This document shows positions 37,166-49,499 of a stretch of 64,000 nucleotides of DNA, piece after piece. The stretch covers positions 24,121,205 to 24,185,204 of the forward strand of contig JAHRHZ010000004.1 of NCBI GenBank assembly GCA_024137785.1, in the 5' to 3' direction. A model generated the notes under the pieces. The model had not been told where the DNA came from, searched no databases, and was given only the letters and a program-made list of their open reading frames with translations. The DNA comes from Ginglymostoma cirratum (Eukaryota). Numbering within the stretch: position 1 is the stretch's first letter; every line of letters begins with the position of its first letter. A program made the translations under genes and the position numbers.

Positions 37166-39073
37166 GGGTGACCTCCCTCCAAATCCGATTCAAAATATTA
37201 TCTAGGAATGTTTTATGTTAGCCTGAGAGAGCAGATGGGTGTCAGTTTAACATCTCAGCTGCTAGAAGTGACGACCAACAATGCAAATACACTGAGAATA
37301 TAGTACTGAAGCATTCCTTTGAATTTTTTTTATCTGTTTGGATTGAGCCCAGAACTCACAACCTTGATTCAGAGTTGAGAGTGCTGAGCTACGGATGATA
37401 GTATAACTACAATGCACATACCAACATGTGGCAATTATAGTGATTGGAGCTGGCACACTCTAAATCCACAGAGCAGTTGGCAACTCAGTGTCCAGACAGG
37501 AAACTCCCTATCTTCATGATAAAGGTCAGTGTCTTCTTCAGCAGCCACCTGCAGGAGTGACTCATTGAACCACCATGCTTAAGGCAGGGATGTTGGTCCC
37601 AAATACATCCCAGTCAGAACCGGGATCAAACTCCAAGCTATTGGCACCAATCCAACCTACAGTAGATATCCAGGACTGTCCACATCCCCCAAATGAGTCT
37701 GAATTGTCTTGGCACAATAGACATTTTTACTTAAGTGTTAGCCTAAAGCACTAGGCAGTGATGATCGAGGCTCCAATTTTCTTTCTATCACATGACAGAC
37801 AAGGAATCTCTCCTGCTTATTGCCAGAAAATATTGGATGGATTTACAAAGAGATATGCAGTCTGTTCAGCCAGGTTATGTGATGAACACAGCAAGATCTG
37901 GAGTGGGGCTTGAACCCAGAACATCTGGCTCAGAGCCAGGGACACTACCCACTACACCACAAGACCTCCTTGACTCAGAGTGGAAGCTGAAAATCCAATA
38001 CATATTTAATCGCAGAGCTACTTGCTTTGCCCACCATCAGAGACCAGGTTATAACTGATTGATCAGCTGCAATAAATGCAAAGGAATCTATGAAGTGGCC
38101 AAGGTGAAGAAAGACCAATTGTCTGGACTCAAACTGTAATGGAGGCACAATGAGATGTGAGAGGTGGGGGGGTGGCATACCATTTTGAATGAGGAAGAGG
38201 GGATACAACTCATGACAGAAGATATAGGGAAACATTCGTTGCCCACCATTACCCCTCTCTCCAGTGGTCCCATCCCTGGCTGCTACATTTAAGAGTTGAC
38301 TTCAGGACTGGACAGCTCCCCAGAGAAACGGATAGAATTGGAGTGTTGGAACCCAGGACAATCCCAATTCCAATCTAATTCCCGAGGCAGCTGCTACGTT
38401 TAGGAACAAGGCTGAACCAAAAGAAAGAAAATAAAAAGTTCAAAGGCAATGTGAAGAAATAGAATGAAAAATGTAAGCGGGAGAATGATTGCCCAAGGGG
38501 GTGAGTTTCATTGATACCCTGCAGAGATTCTCCAGTTGAGGAAATTCCTGCCCAGTCCAATATCCCAGAAATGAAATGAAACAACAAATCAAACCCGCTT
38601 GTAATTTCCTCACGATTTTACCACCGCCACCGCTTCTTAAAACCACGCTGTTTCATTCTCATGCTAATCCCTTTAAGATGAGACAGTACTTTCATTAAAA
38701 AATTCCGAGGGCTAAAAATACATTCATGGGAGACGCTGTTATAATAAAATAATTTACAGCTAGAACATGTCAGGTTCTCATTAAAACAATTGGAATTCAT
38801 CATGCAGGGATAATACAAATTACATGGAACCTAAACACCGTGTAAAACTTGCTTTGGACCGAACAGCAAATTGATGGGAGTTGGTGAAACACAAATTGGG
38901 AATGTACAGAGATAACTATCTTGATAATAAATGCATGCATTCGTTCAACAGATTTTATTTTCTGTGTTTGACTGGAAACGGACTGTTTGCCCAACAAACA
39001 CCAGCCACCCACTCTCTAACACTGTAACATTTCCTTAATATTGTAACATTATTTTGTAATCAGTACAACTCAC

Positions 39074-39140
39074 CGAGAGTAAGGTCCACGAGATATAGGA
39101 GGAGGAAGAAGGGTCGCTGGAGAGAGATCTTGCTGCTCAT
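39074..39140 (-). CDS. IGSF21: IGSF21(-like) coding exon 1, signal peptide MSSKISLQRPFFLLLYLVDLTL-G(phase 1)
   Basis: The ATG (39140) has A at -3 and an in-frame TAA 9 nt upstream. It is followed by a hydrophobic signal-like stretch and a G|GTGAGT donor. The phase-1 end joins exon 2 (G+GA = Gly) in frame. The exon lies next to the CpG-enriched region at 39300-40140. Confidence 0.85.
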
Positions 39141-40140
39141 TTTCAGTTAGTTTTAAACTCGGGTCTGAGAAGGTCCATTCAGCTCACAGAACAGGGAAAT
39201 CCTCATGTCAAAGCAAACAGACGCTAGCATAACCCTCCCCAAACCAAACGAACAAAATCACATTGCCTTAAAATCCAAGCCTTCTTAGACCACTTGATGG
39301 AGTTTGAGAGTTTTGGTTTTGTTTTTTTTTTCGGAAATTGAAACGAAAGAATTTTGCTCAAATGTGCATATATTTAGCCGGGATATCTGCGAGACGAACG
39401 TACAGTTCCATCCTCCGGCTCAGCACCAGGATTACTGACTGAGAGATTTGTTAAAAACCTCTCCCACTCCAGCCCTTCCCCTCCCTCTCTGTCTCGATTT
39501 TTAGCACAGTGGATATGTTTAAATCCTAGCTGTAGTTACCCCTCCCCTCCAGAAAACCGTTTACCATTTCGGGCTTTTAAGCCGATTTAACAATGCTAGG
39601 GATTTCTCTCTCTCCTCTCTCTAAAGCAGTCTCCTCTTCAGAATATTAACTGTCACTCCGCCACTTAAAATATTGCTTCCTCGCTCCCGTTTCTTATCAT
39701 TTAACCCTCAGAGAACTCGGAAACTTTCCCCACGCTTTGAATGTCATTGGACACGTTAAATATAATCAGTTGATCTAATAGTTCAGAGATTATCCAAACA
39801 TCCTCCCGATTTAACGTGAGATTACAATGAAATAAAATGACTCGAAAACTGACGTTAGAATTTTGTTACATTTCCAAACAGAAAGATGAAGCTGTTCCTA
39901 CAATTGTAGAGTTCCCCGAAAGCAGTCATTCCCGCCGGGAAACAGTCGGCTCTTTCCGGACTAGCTTCCCGAGAGTTTATTCTTGGAGGGTCGACAGCTA
40001 TTTGACTGTAGGTGGCTTCACAGCTAAATCCAAAATTGTTTTTTGAGCGGTGTGTGACGGGTGGTGTTGGTGCCGAGGGAGCGTCCACTCCTCGGCTCGG
40101 GTCTGTTCCGGCAATTATGTTCCATATTGTAGGCGGGGCA
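39141..40140 (-). promoter_or_regulatory. Putative 5' UTR and promoter of IGSF21(-like)
   Basis: TE-free and visibly CpG-enriched relative to the rest of the window, with GA-rich tracts on the minus strand, immediately 5' of coding exon 1. The TSS cannot be located from sequence alone. Confidence 0.6.
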
Positions 40141-40384
40141 ACTCCTGAGACAACTAACTGACCAGCCTTGTGTGATAACTATTCCCATTTTTAGGATGTG
40201 GATAGAGTTCTTCTCCATGACTAGTGATGAGTCCCATTATACATCCTGCTAGGGGATCCAATGAGCTCCAGCCTGTGCAAATCCCAATCAGTTTAGCTTT
40301 GGATCTCAAACAGATGACTTTGGGATCAACTATCAACCTCACAGTGACAGCTGTTTACATGACTCACCTTTAGTCCAGGAATTC

Positions 40385-41225
40385 AAGATCAGTTAGCTCA
40401 TTTGGTTGGATGGCCAATTTACATTGCACAGTGAGGCCAATACCACATGTTCAACTCACACCCACTAGCTGAAATTACCATTGAAGTTTGCATCACATAT
40501 AGACAGGGTGGTTAAAAAGACATTTAGCATGCTTACATTCATTGCTCAATCCTTAGAATATGGGAATTCGGACACTATACCGGACATTGGCAAGGCCTCC
40601 TCTGGAGTACTGCGTTATCCGGTTATAGGAAGGACATTATTAAGGTGGAGATGGCTCAGAAGAGATTTTCAAGGATGTTGCCAAGGGAACTTTCAAGGGA
40701 AAGTTTGAGTAAAAAGAAAGGTTGGATAGACTGGAACCTTTTTCACGGAAGCATAGGAGGTTGAGACGTCACCTTATAGGAGTTTATAAAATAATGACGT
40801 GTATAGAAAGAATTAATGGTCATTTCCCTAGGATGGGGAATTTCAAGACTAGGGGGCACATTTTTAGGGTGAGAAGTAAGAGATTTGAAGAAAGACATTA
40901 GGGACAATTTTTTACGCAGAAGGCGGGTACAATTACAACATTTATAAAACACTTAGATAAGTAGATGAATTGGAAAGGCTTGGAGGGATATGGGCCAGGA
41001 GCAGGCAGGTGGGAATAGTTTAGTTTGGGATTATGGTCAGCATTAACTAGTTGGACTGAAGGGTCTGCTTCTATGCGTTATGATTCTATGACTCTCCCTC
41101 TTAACCTTTACTCCTCACCAGAGTTATGGTGACTATCAAGTTAAACTGCCACCAGTTGTCTCTCTTTCTCATTCCAATGAGAGAGCAGTCCTATACTCTG
41201 CTAAAATCATGGTAACTTCACTATT
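40385..41225 (+). mobile_element. tRNA-derived SINE interrupted by a CR1 3' fragment (about 40481-41093)
   Basis: SINE head ttagctcatttggttggatggc..; CR1 ORF end HIDRVVKKTFSML and (atgattct) tail; the SINE resumes at about 41094. Another head of this SINE lies at about 61665-61745 (-). Confidence 0.65.
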
Positions 41226-44200
41226 ACACAGTAAGAACTCAGAGCAGTAATGAATGGAATTGGAGCCGATGTTAGACATTTTGCCACTTCAAGACTTCCC
41301 ACCTTATTCAAATAATCATAATACTCTAAGATCATATCCATGAGTGTGTCAATACACAACATGGAGACTGTTATTCCAACAGCATCAACGAGACAGTCTT
41401 GGATTGTAATCATTTACATATCAGGAAGTGAAAAAAAAATTTTTTTCACTTCATTTCCATTTCACGTGATCACGCAGATGAAGAAATGAAATCATCTGTA
41501 TCTCCACCGAGAGTTTCTGCTCTTCAATATCTAGTATTGAAGAAAAGCCATATTGGACTTGAAATGTTAACTTTGTTCCTGTGTTCACAGATGCTGCCAG
41601 ATCTGTTGACTTTCTCCAGCATTATCTGATTGGGTTTAAGATCTCCAGTATGTACAGAATTTTGCTTTTATTCTGATTTTCAATGTTTGAAAACCTTCAT
41701 GGACAGTGGGGAAGTTTTTTTTGAAATTGTTGTTTTCTAAGAACGTAGTTGTAAGGAAGAAAAGCAAGTTTGTGTTTGGGAGAATAGTCGACTTGTATAA
41801 AAAGACATGTCCCATTCAGTGAAGGGCACTTCCCAGCATAGTGAACATTAGGGCTTCGAAGTTGTGATGTATTTGTCTAAATGCCAACTGATCTCCACAA
41901 CCCTGGGCTGGGAATCAAAGACAGAGAGAGTTTCAGATTGCTGTTTGGGGATCTCCAATTGAAAAATGGAGGTGAGAGTCATGCACAACTGTGAAGCCTC
42001 CACAGTCAAGTAGCCAGTTAGCACTCATTGTCTAGCATCAAAAGTAGTTATTTACGTCGGGTGATAAAGCCAGTAAAGCCATCCCTGGAGGCAGACCTTC
42101 AGAAGAGGAAAGGAAAAATTAACACAAACCACAGGAAAAAGAAAAAGCATTTGCTGTCTTGATTTTGCTTCTGTAAATGCACCCTTCCTATTGATGTGTG
42201 TAACTTTCAGGCAGAGATAGGTAAAAGGAGAATGATTGCCAAGTTCAAAGCTTTAAGACACATCAGTTTTTCATTGCATCTCAAATTGCTCCGTATCAGC
42301 TACCTCCCGGTTGCACTCCCACCCATCCAGCAGGTTTGGACATTTGTGCAGCTCTCCATTTGTGCAAGTTCCCAAAGGGACAATGTGTGACTCTGCTCGG
42401 GTCAGTGACAGGACCACAGGCTATTAATGCAAGGAACAGCACTGAGAGCCAACTCTTTGACCCGACCTTGCTCTATATCCACCATTCAAAACAATTGTTG
42501 GAAGCATGCTTGGAAATGGATGTAGGGCACCATTTACTGAACTATGTACAATACTTACAGAATAGGGAGAGAACCCTGCTGCTTGGAGTAAGTCCTTCTG
42601 TACACTGCGTGCCATGTCATCTGATATCACTTCCTGTGATAGCATCAGCTAGGCTTTTGGTAACTGCTATCTTATACGATGACATGGCTGATTTTCTGCA
42701 TCAAGACAACTTTTCCTCCTGCTTCCCGCTTGATTGAATGATTAAATAAAGATTCAAGCTCAGGGCAGCTGAATTGTAGGATAGGAGCAGGTACTCAAAA
42801 GTACCTTATATTTGACCATTGGCCTGTGTTTCCAATGAGTAAGCCTCTCACAGGAGGTTGAGTCCCATTGCTAAGATGATTGGTGAACCATTCTTATCTG
42901 TTCTGGGCCAAGGGTTAAATGGGGGTCCTTTATGGGAGGTGGGGATCAGAATCACTAATGTTGCATTTGCTTATCAAACAGTTCAGGTAGGCACAGCACC
43001 TAATAAAAAGCAGCAGAAAATGAGCTCATGCAACCTGGGCAAATGCTTAACCATGAAAATGGCCACAAAACCCACTTAGACTATGCTGCAGGGAATGGCT
43101 TGAAAAAGAAAGATGCTCCAGCATCTGCAGTTCCTACTATCTCTGCATCAAGCAGCTGTTCAGTGACCCTGGAGAACATACTGTAGAGAAAGGAATTTGC
43201 ATTTAAATAGTGCCTTTCCAATCTCAGGACACCCTAAAGGCAATTAAACACTGTCTGGACTGTAGCCACTCTTATAATGTAGGAAAGACAGCAGCTAACT
43301 GGTACACAGCAAGCTCCCATAAACAGCAACATGATTGTAAAGTTAATCTTTATGCATGGTTGATTTTTCAGATATTTTGTCTGCTAGGAAATATCTCAAG
43401 AAAGAAGTTGAAATTAAAAGAAACTTAAGAGGAAGCATAGACAAACAATATTGACATGGATGGTAAACATATGACACGCATGCGTAATTGTCACCATTGC
43501 CATTAACTTGCTATTTACTTCATTATTGTCCAACTAGAGTTGTATAGCTGTCTTGCTGGTTGTCTAGTGCAAAAAGTTGTCCTCGACTGAATGTTGTAGT
43601 CTGGCAAATTTCAAGGTCTAGGACTACATTTCAAAGACACACTAAAGCTTGGGGCAGGTGTAATGGTGAAAAGTCACTGTGGAATGCCTTTCAGCTATTG
43701 TACCCAAAGGGGCTGGAGATGGCGTGGAATCCCTTGGGCTATGTGCAAGCAAAGAAATGTGCATTGAGAAGATCAAGAGTGTTGAAATTGTTTTGAAGTA
43801 TCTCAGAGTGGAATATGCAAACAGAGCAAAGTTAAATCCTATTGCAATGTCTGTAATTTTCAATTTGAAATGATTTGCCCATGGGCTGTATGCTCGATAT
43901 GGAATGTGTATTATAAATATGTAAGTGTGACAATTGTATTGAAGCACCTAAAAGTGGAAAATGCTGTATGGAGAGGAGTTGAATTTTATCGCACTTTCTA
44001 TAATTTTCCAGTCGAAATGATTTGAAATGTACTTTTATAAAATTTATGGATATACATTAATATATAAGGAAGTATGTTTTGGAAAACAAAAGCACACTTC
44101 TCTGTGAGGTTCAATTTTGGCGGACTACAGTCTAAGGCCCTGCCCTGATAGTACAGCGAGGCAAAACCTGTGTAAAAGCCATCAAAGTATCTGCAGCATG

Positions 44201-44934
44201 GAATGTCAGAGCATATTATAAACATTAACATGTATGTGTGAATCTAAAGGAGCACTTCAGAGTGTTATGCACCATCTGGAAAGAACAACCATGTTATGTA
44301 ATTATCCCACTTGACTTGTGAGGTAATGTACTTGTAAAAAGTCAGAAATAAGGTCCATTTTTTGTTAATTTTTTTTCTGCGAGAGTTAATAAATTGTATG
44401 TGCAGATGCAGAATGCAATCTAGTTTGCAATGTTGAAGAAAAGAATATCACCCAACAGGACTTTAACTTGTAAACCACCCGCAGCCAATTTTAGTCACAC
44501 TCAGGAATCTGAACAAAGCAACAAAGTGGGGGATGTTGTACATGTGAAAATAAGGGCTGGAAAGATAAATGCCAGATTCAGGAGTTGGCCCATTAAGGCG
44601 GGAACAGTGTGGGATGTGGTGTGTGGGCTGTTTGCGAGGGGAAAAGCTATCAGAATTACAAAAAGGGTGAGAATCAAGACTCAGATAGCAACAACATCAC
44701 CTTGCATTTATATAGCACATTAAAAAGTACTTAACAAAGTTCATAGAGACACGATCAGAGAAAAGTGGATACAAAACCAAAGAAAGCGTTATTAGGACCT
44801 GATGCTTGGTCAGAGAGATGGGATTCAACAAGGGTCTTCAGAGAGGTCACCAGCTCAATGGCTGAGAAGTTGAAGTTATTGTTTTGTGGTTCAGCTCTCT
44901 TCCAGGAGATCTCAAAAGTAATCTAGGCAGGATC

Positions 44935-45022
44935 AAAAACAGAAGTTGCTGGAGAAACTCAGCAGCATCTGTGGAGAGAAAGCAAAGTTAATCTTTCAAG
45001 TCCAGTGACCCTTCATCAGAAC
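44935..45022 (-). mobile_element. PLE pLTR end with hammerhead motif (44986-45022)
   Basis: Minus strand GTT-CTGATGA-A-GGGTCACTGGACTT-GAAA-GATT-AAC, same subfamily as 4239. Confidence 0.7.
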
Positions 45023-45499
45023 ACAGGCAAAGTGATCTTCTGTCACTGTCTCTGTCCCTGTAGAAAGATACCTTGTTCTATTCACTATTTCCTGACAACA
45101 GTATTGGCATTTGAGGTATAGCAGCTTTGAAGATCTGTCATAACACTAACTGATAAAATTAATGCTTTATCACTGTGGCACCTGTGATGTTTTTTTCAAG
45201 TCACTTAGGTATTTGAAATACTCAGAATGTTGTCACCCGTCTTTAATAATTTCAAAGTCAAGCTTTGAAGAAATCTGCACTCACCTGCAGAGTTTTCATT
45301 TGCCCCATAACAGACAACAGACCCTCTCACATATGGTTGATCGATTTAGGACGGTCGAACAGAGATGTAGCAGCCTCCAAATGTGCACAGGGCCACTGTT
45401 GTAGTTCAGTTGTTACAGATAAGCAGCATTTCAGGGACTTTTCTTGAAGAATGGGCAACCAGTAGCATGGTGTTACTAGCCATTGAACTAATGAACTGA

Positions 45500-45760
45500 A
45501 TTGAATTGAATTAAGTTAGCTTTATTGTCACATGTGCTCACATGAGTACAGTGAAAAGTTCATAAGTTGCCACTTACAGCATCATCTTAGGTACAAAGGT
45601 ACCTAGGTACAGATTCTTGAGGACAAATACTTAGGAAAAGATTAGAAAAGTCGAGAAATAAAAAGTCCAGCATTTACAGGCCTTCAAAAATACAAAATCC
45701 TAATAATAATTTAGTGAAATAAAGAAATAAAAAGATCAGAATAACAGCCCTTCCCACAGT
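45500..45760 (-). mobile_element. Non-LTR element 3' end; related copy at about 52085-52400
   Basis: Shared ctttattgt..gagtacagtgaaaagtt..catcttaggtacaa..tacctagg, preceded by a short pentanucleotide tandem tail. Confidence 0.55.
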
Positions 45761-47369
45761 AATATAACAAAGTGATGGAAAAAAAAAGAGATTTTAAGAC
45801 AAAGTCCACTTAGACCATTTCACAGCACTGGGGCCAAGTTACGGGGCAAATTAGGAAAATGATATTTGATATTCTGCTTTCCTATGTTCTATGTAGGAAT
45901 ATGAAGAAGGTGCATGAAAGACAATATTTAAGTATTGCATCGAAATGAGATATGCATCAAGTTAGATCATCACCTCAAATCACTTATGGATATATTGAAC
46001 TTTTAAATTAGGTACGTGTTTGAATAAGAAAAAGGCCTATGAGTCAAGAATTGTTGATAATGTAAATCCTTAGAATGAAATTCATTTAGAGCTGAAAGTT
46101 CCCGTGGGAACTTGTAAAGTATCAGGGAATCATCAAACAAAAAGACTTAAAAGGAAATGATACAAGGCAAAAGAAAAAAATCATCATCCCTCCCAATAGG
46201 AAAGCCATTTCTTGTAGCTCACATCCCAGGTTCAGGAGATGAATCGAAAGATATGTTTGTGTTTACTGTCTCAAGAATATACAACAGTCTTGCAGTCCAA
46301 GTCTTGGTGAGTGGCTCATGTGCCAACATGGGCTAATGTACTGTGCAGGAAAAGAAAGACTCTTTCTTGCTCTGAGCCCTGGAAGCCAATCGAGCCAGTG
46401 AAGACACCATCAAAAAGGAAATAAGACAAAGGAAAACTGCAGAGCCAAGAATTTGAAAATCAACCACTTCACTATCAACATTACTGTAAGCACATCATCC
46501 AACTTCCCAGCTGCAACATACCACTTGAAACTTTGTTGGAACCCAGGAATAGATTCATATATCTTTTTAACTGGTACTTTTTACTTAGTCCACATTTCTA
46601 ATCTGCATATTTGTCTAGTTTTTAATCTTTTTTCATTGCTAATAAGGGTAATATGTTTTCCCTTTCTTCAACTAAGAACACCTAGTTAATTTGGCTCCTT
46701 TTAAGTTCTCCATGACGGGATGGATTTTTTAAAAAATTAACCTTATTGCAAACAAGTGGTTAAATCAGGAAGGTGAGTAGTTCCTCCCTCCTCACCCAGG
46801 ACCATAACCATTTGATGTATCCCAACTGGAATTGTAACAAATCGCGGGCCCTCATCCCAGGTAGTAACAGGAGAAATGAAGTTTTTGACACTAGGGGAAG
46901 CCACTCTCCTTGGATGCAGCATTAGTCATACAGAGATTGTAGGAAGTCCACTTGTGTTCAGAGGAAATACTGAGGCCAATCTGGAGTTCACTCAAGCTGC
47001 CCCATGAAGATCATGAATAATGCAGAACAAGGGACCTGTCAGTCTGACATCTGTGTGTGAAGAATATTGAATTTTAGCATAAAAACATTATCCAAGACCA
47101 ACTAGCAAGAATAAAGTTAATGAATTCAATCTATTGTGGCCTTGTCAAAGATAAGCTGCGATCAATCAAAATTGCAGTTCTTTGAGGTTGTTAATAGGTG
47201 AAGGGGATGGTCTAAACCTAAGTTTCTACTTTACTTTCCAAAAGCATTTTGTAAGGTCACTCAGAATGCAACTCACCACTGAATCTGCTCATTTGCAACA
47301 TTACATCTGTCACAAACAGAGTCCCAGTTTTGAAGCATTGAGCTGTGGCAGCAAATGCTGCTCTCAGCA

Positions 47370-49455
47370 ATGACACACAAGTACCAGGCAATAATTACCT
47401 ACTACAAGAGATAAACCAACCATTGCCCTTTGGCATTCAATAGTATTAACATCACCAAGTCCCTGTTATCAATATCCTGGTGTTTATCATTGACTAGAAA
47501 CAGAACTGGACCAACCTTATAAATACTGCGACAATAACAATAGATCAGTGGCTGTGAATTCTGTAGCAATTAACTAACCTCCTGACTTCTCAGAGCCTGT
47601 CCACCATCTACAAGGTACAAGATAGGAACCTGTGACTGAATACTCTCCACTGCCTGGGTGGGTGCAGGTCCAACAACACTTATGTTCAACATCATCCAGG
47701 TCGAAGCAGGCCACTTGATTGGCATCCCATTCACCACCTTTAACATTCACTCCATTCCGATGATGCATAATGGCAACTGCGTATACCATCCATAAGATGC
47801 ACAGTAATAACCTTCCAAAGCATTGCCAATTGTACCTTCCAAATCTTCAACCTCATCTATTTAGAAGGGCAAAAGCAGCATATGCATGGGAACACCACTA
47901 CCTGCACACACATGGCTTTGTGTGTGGAAAATTGTGTCTCACTAACTTGCCTGAAATTTTTGAAGACGTGATGAAGAGGATTGATGAAGGCAGAGCGGCG
48001 AACATTGCCAATGTGGACTTCAGAAAAGAGTTCGATAAGGCTCCATATGGTAGACTGGTCCATAATGTTAGATCACAAAGGGAGAACTAGCCATTTGCAT
48101 ACATAACTGGTTTAAAGGTAGGAGAGAGAGAATGTGGCGGAGGCTTGCCTTTTGGACAGGAGGCTTATGGCCAGCGGTGTGCCCTAAGATTGGTGCTAGG
48201 TCTACTGCTTTTTGTCATTTATATAAATGCTTTGGATGTGAATATAGGAGGTATGGTTAATAAATTTGCAGATGACATGAAAATTGGTGTTGAAGTGGAC
48301 ATTGAAGAAAACTACCTCAGTGTACAACAGGGGCTCGATCAGATGGGCCAATGGGCTGAGGAGAGGCAGATGGAGTTTAATTTTGGTAAGTGTAAAGTGT
48401 TGCATTTTGGTAGGGTGAACCACATTAATACTTATGCACTACATGGTAAATCCTGGGGAGCGTTGCCAAACAAAGGGGGTGCAGGTTCATAGTTCCTAGA
48501 AAGTAGAGTAGACAAGATATGGAAGAAGGTGGAGACAAAAATGGAAATTGCTAGAGAAGCAATTCTATTGCAATTCTATTTTTGTTTCTGATTTACAGCA
48601 TCGCAGTTCCTTTGGTTTTTATTTAGTGAAGAAGGCATTGATATGCTTGCTTTATTGGTCAATGTATTGAGCATAGGAGTTTGGAGGTTACTTTTGCAAT
48701 ATTGCACTCAATTCTGGTCTGCCTGCTATAGGAAATATATTGTTAAACTTGAAACGGTTCAGAAAAGATTTACAAGGATGTTGCCAGGGTTGGAAGATTT
48801 AAGCTATAAGGAGAGGCTGAATAGGCTGGCGCTTTTTTCCCTAGAGGGGTGACTTCATAGAAGTTTATAAATCTATTTAAGGGCATGGATAGGGTGCGTA
48901 GCTAAGTCCTTTTCCAGGTCAGGGGGTGTCCAAATCTGAGGGCATAGGTTTAAGGTGAGAGGAGGAAGATTTAAAAGGAACCTAAGTGACAACTTTTTCA
49001 TGCAGAGGGCGCAGCGTATATGGAATGAGGTGACAAAGGGATTGGTGGAGGCTGATACAGTTACAACATTTGAAAGGCATCTGGATGGGTATATGAATAG
49101 GAAGGGTTTAGAGGGATATGGGCCAAATGCTGGCAAATGGGATTAGATTAATTTAGGATATTTTGTTGGCATAGACAAATTGGACTGAAGGGTCTGTTTC
49201 CGTGCTGTACATCTCTATGATTCCATAATTCTAAGTTCCCTGCCAAGCCATATACTATCTTGACTAGGAAATTTATCGCCAGCCATTCCTCCACTTTTGC
49301 TGGGTCAAAGCCCTGGAACACCCCCTCTAACATCATTATGGCATACTAATAGCCCAAGAACTGCAGCAATTCAAGAAGGCATCACCCTCTCAAGGGCAAT
49401 TAGAAATGGACAATACATTCTGGTGTCATCCATGTCCCAAGAAAGAATAAAAAAA
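47370..49455 (+). mobile_element. Second-family LINE 3' end containing a nested CR1 (about 47908-49228), itself containing a 98-bp PLE-end insert
   Basis: CR1 peptides HGFVCGKLCLTNL, NKFADDMKIG, LQYCTQFWS. The outer LINE resumes at about 49230 and ends gaaagaataaaaaaaa. Confidence 0.8.
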
Positions 49456-49499
49456 ATTCGAAGTATTCCAGGTCTTAGTCTGGTAATCCTCGCCAAAAT

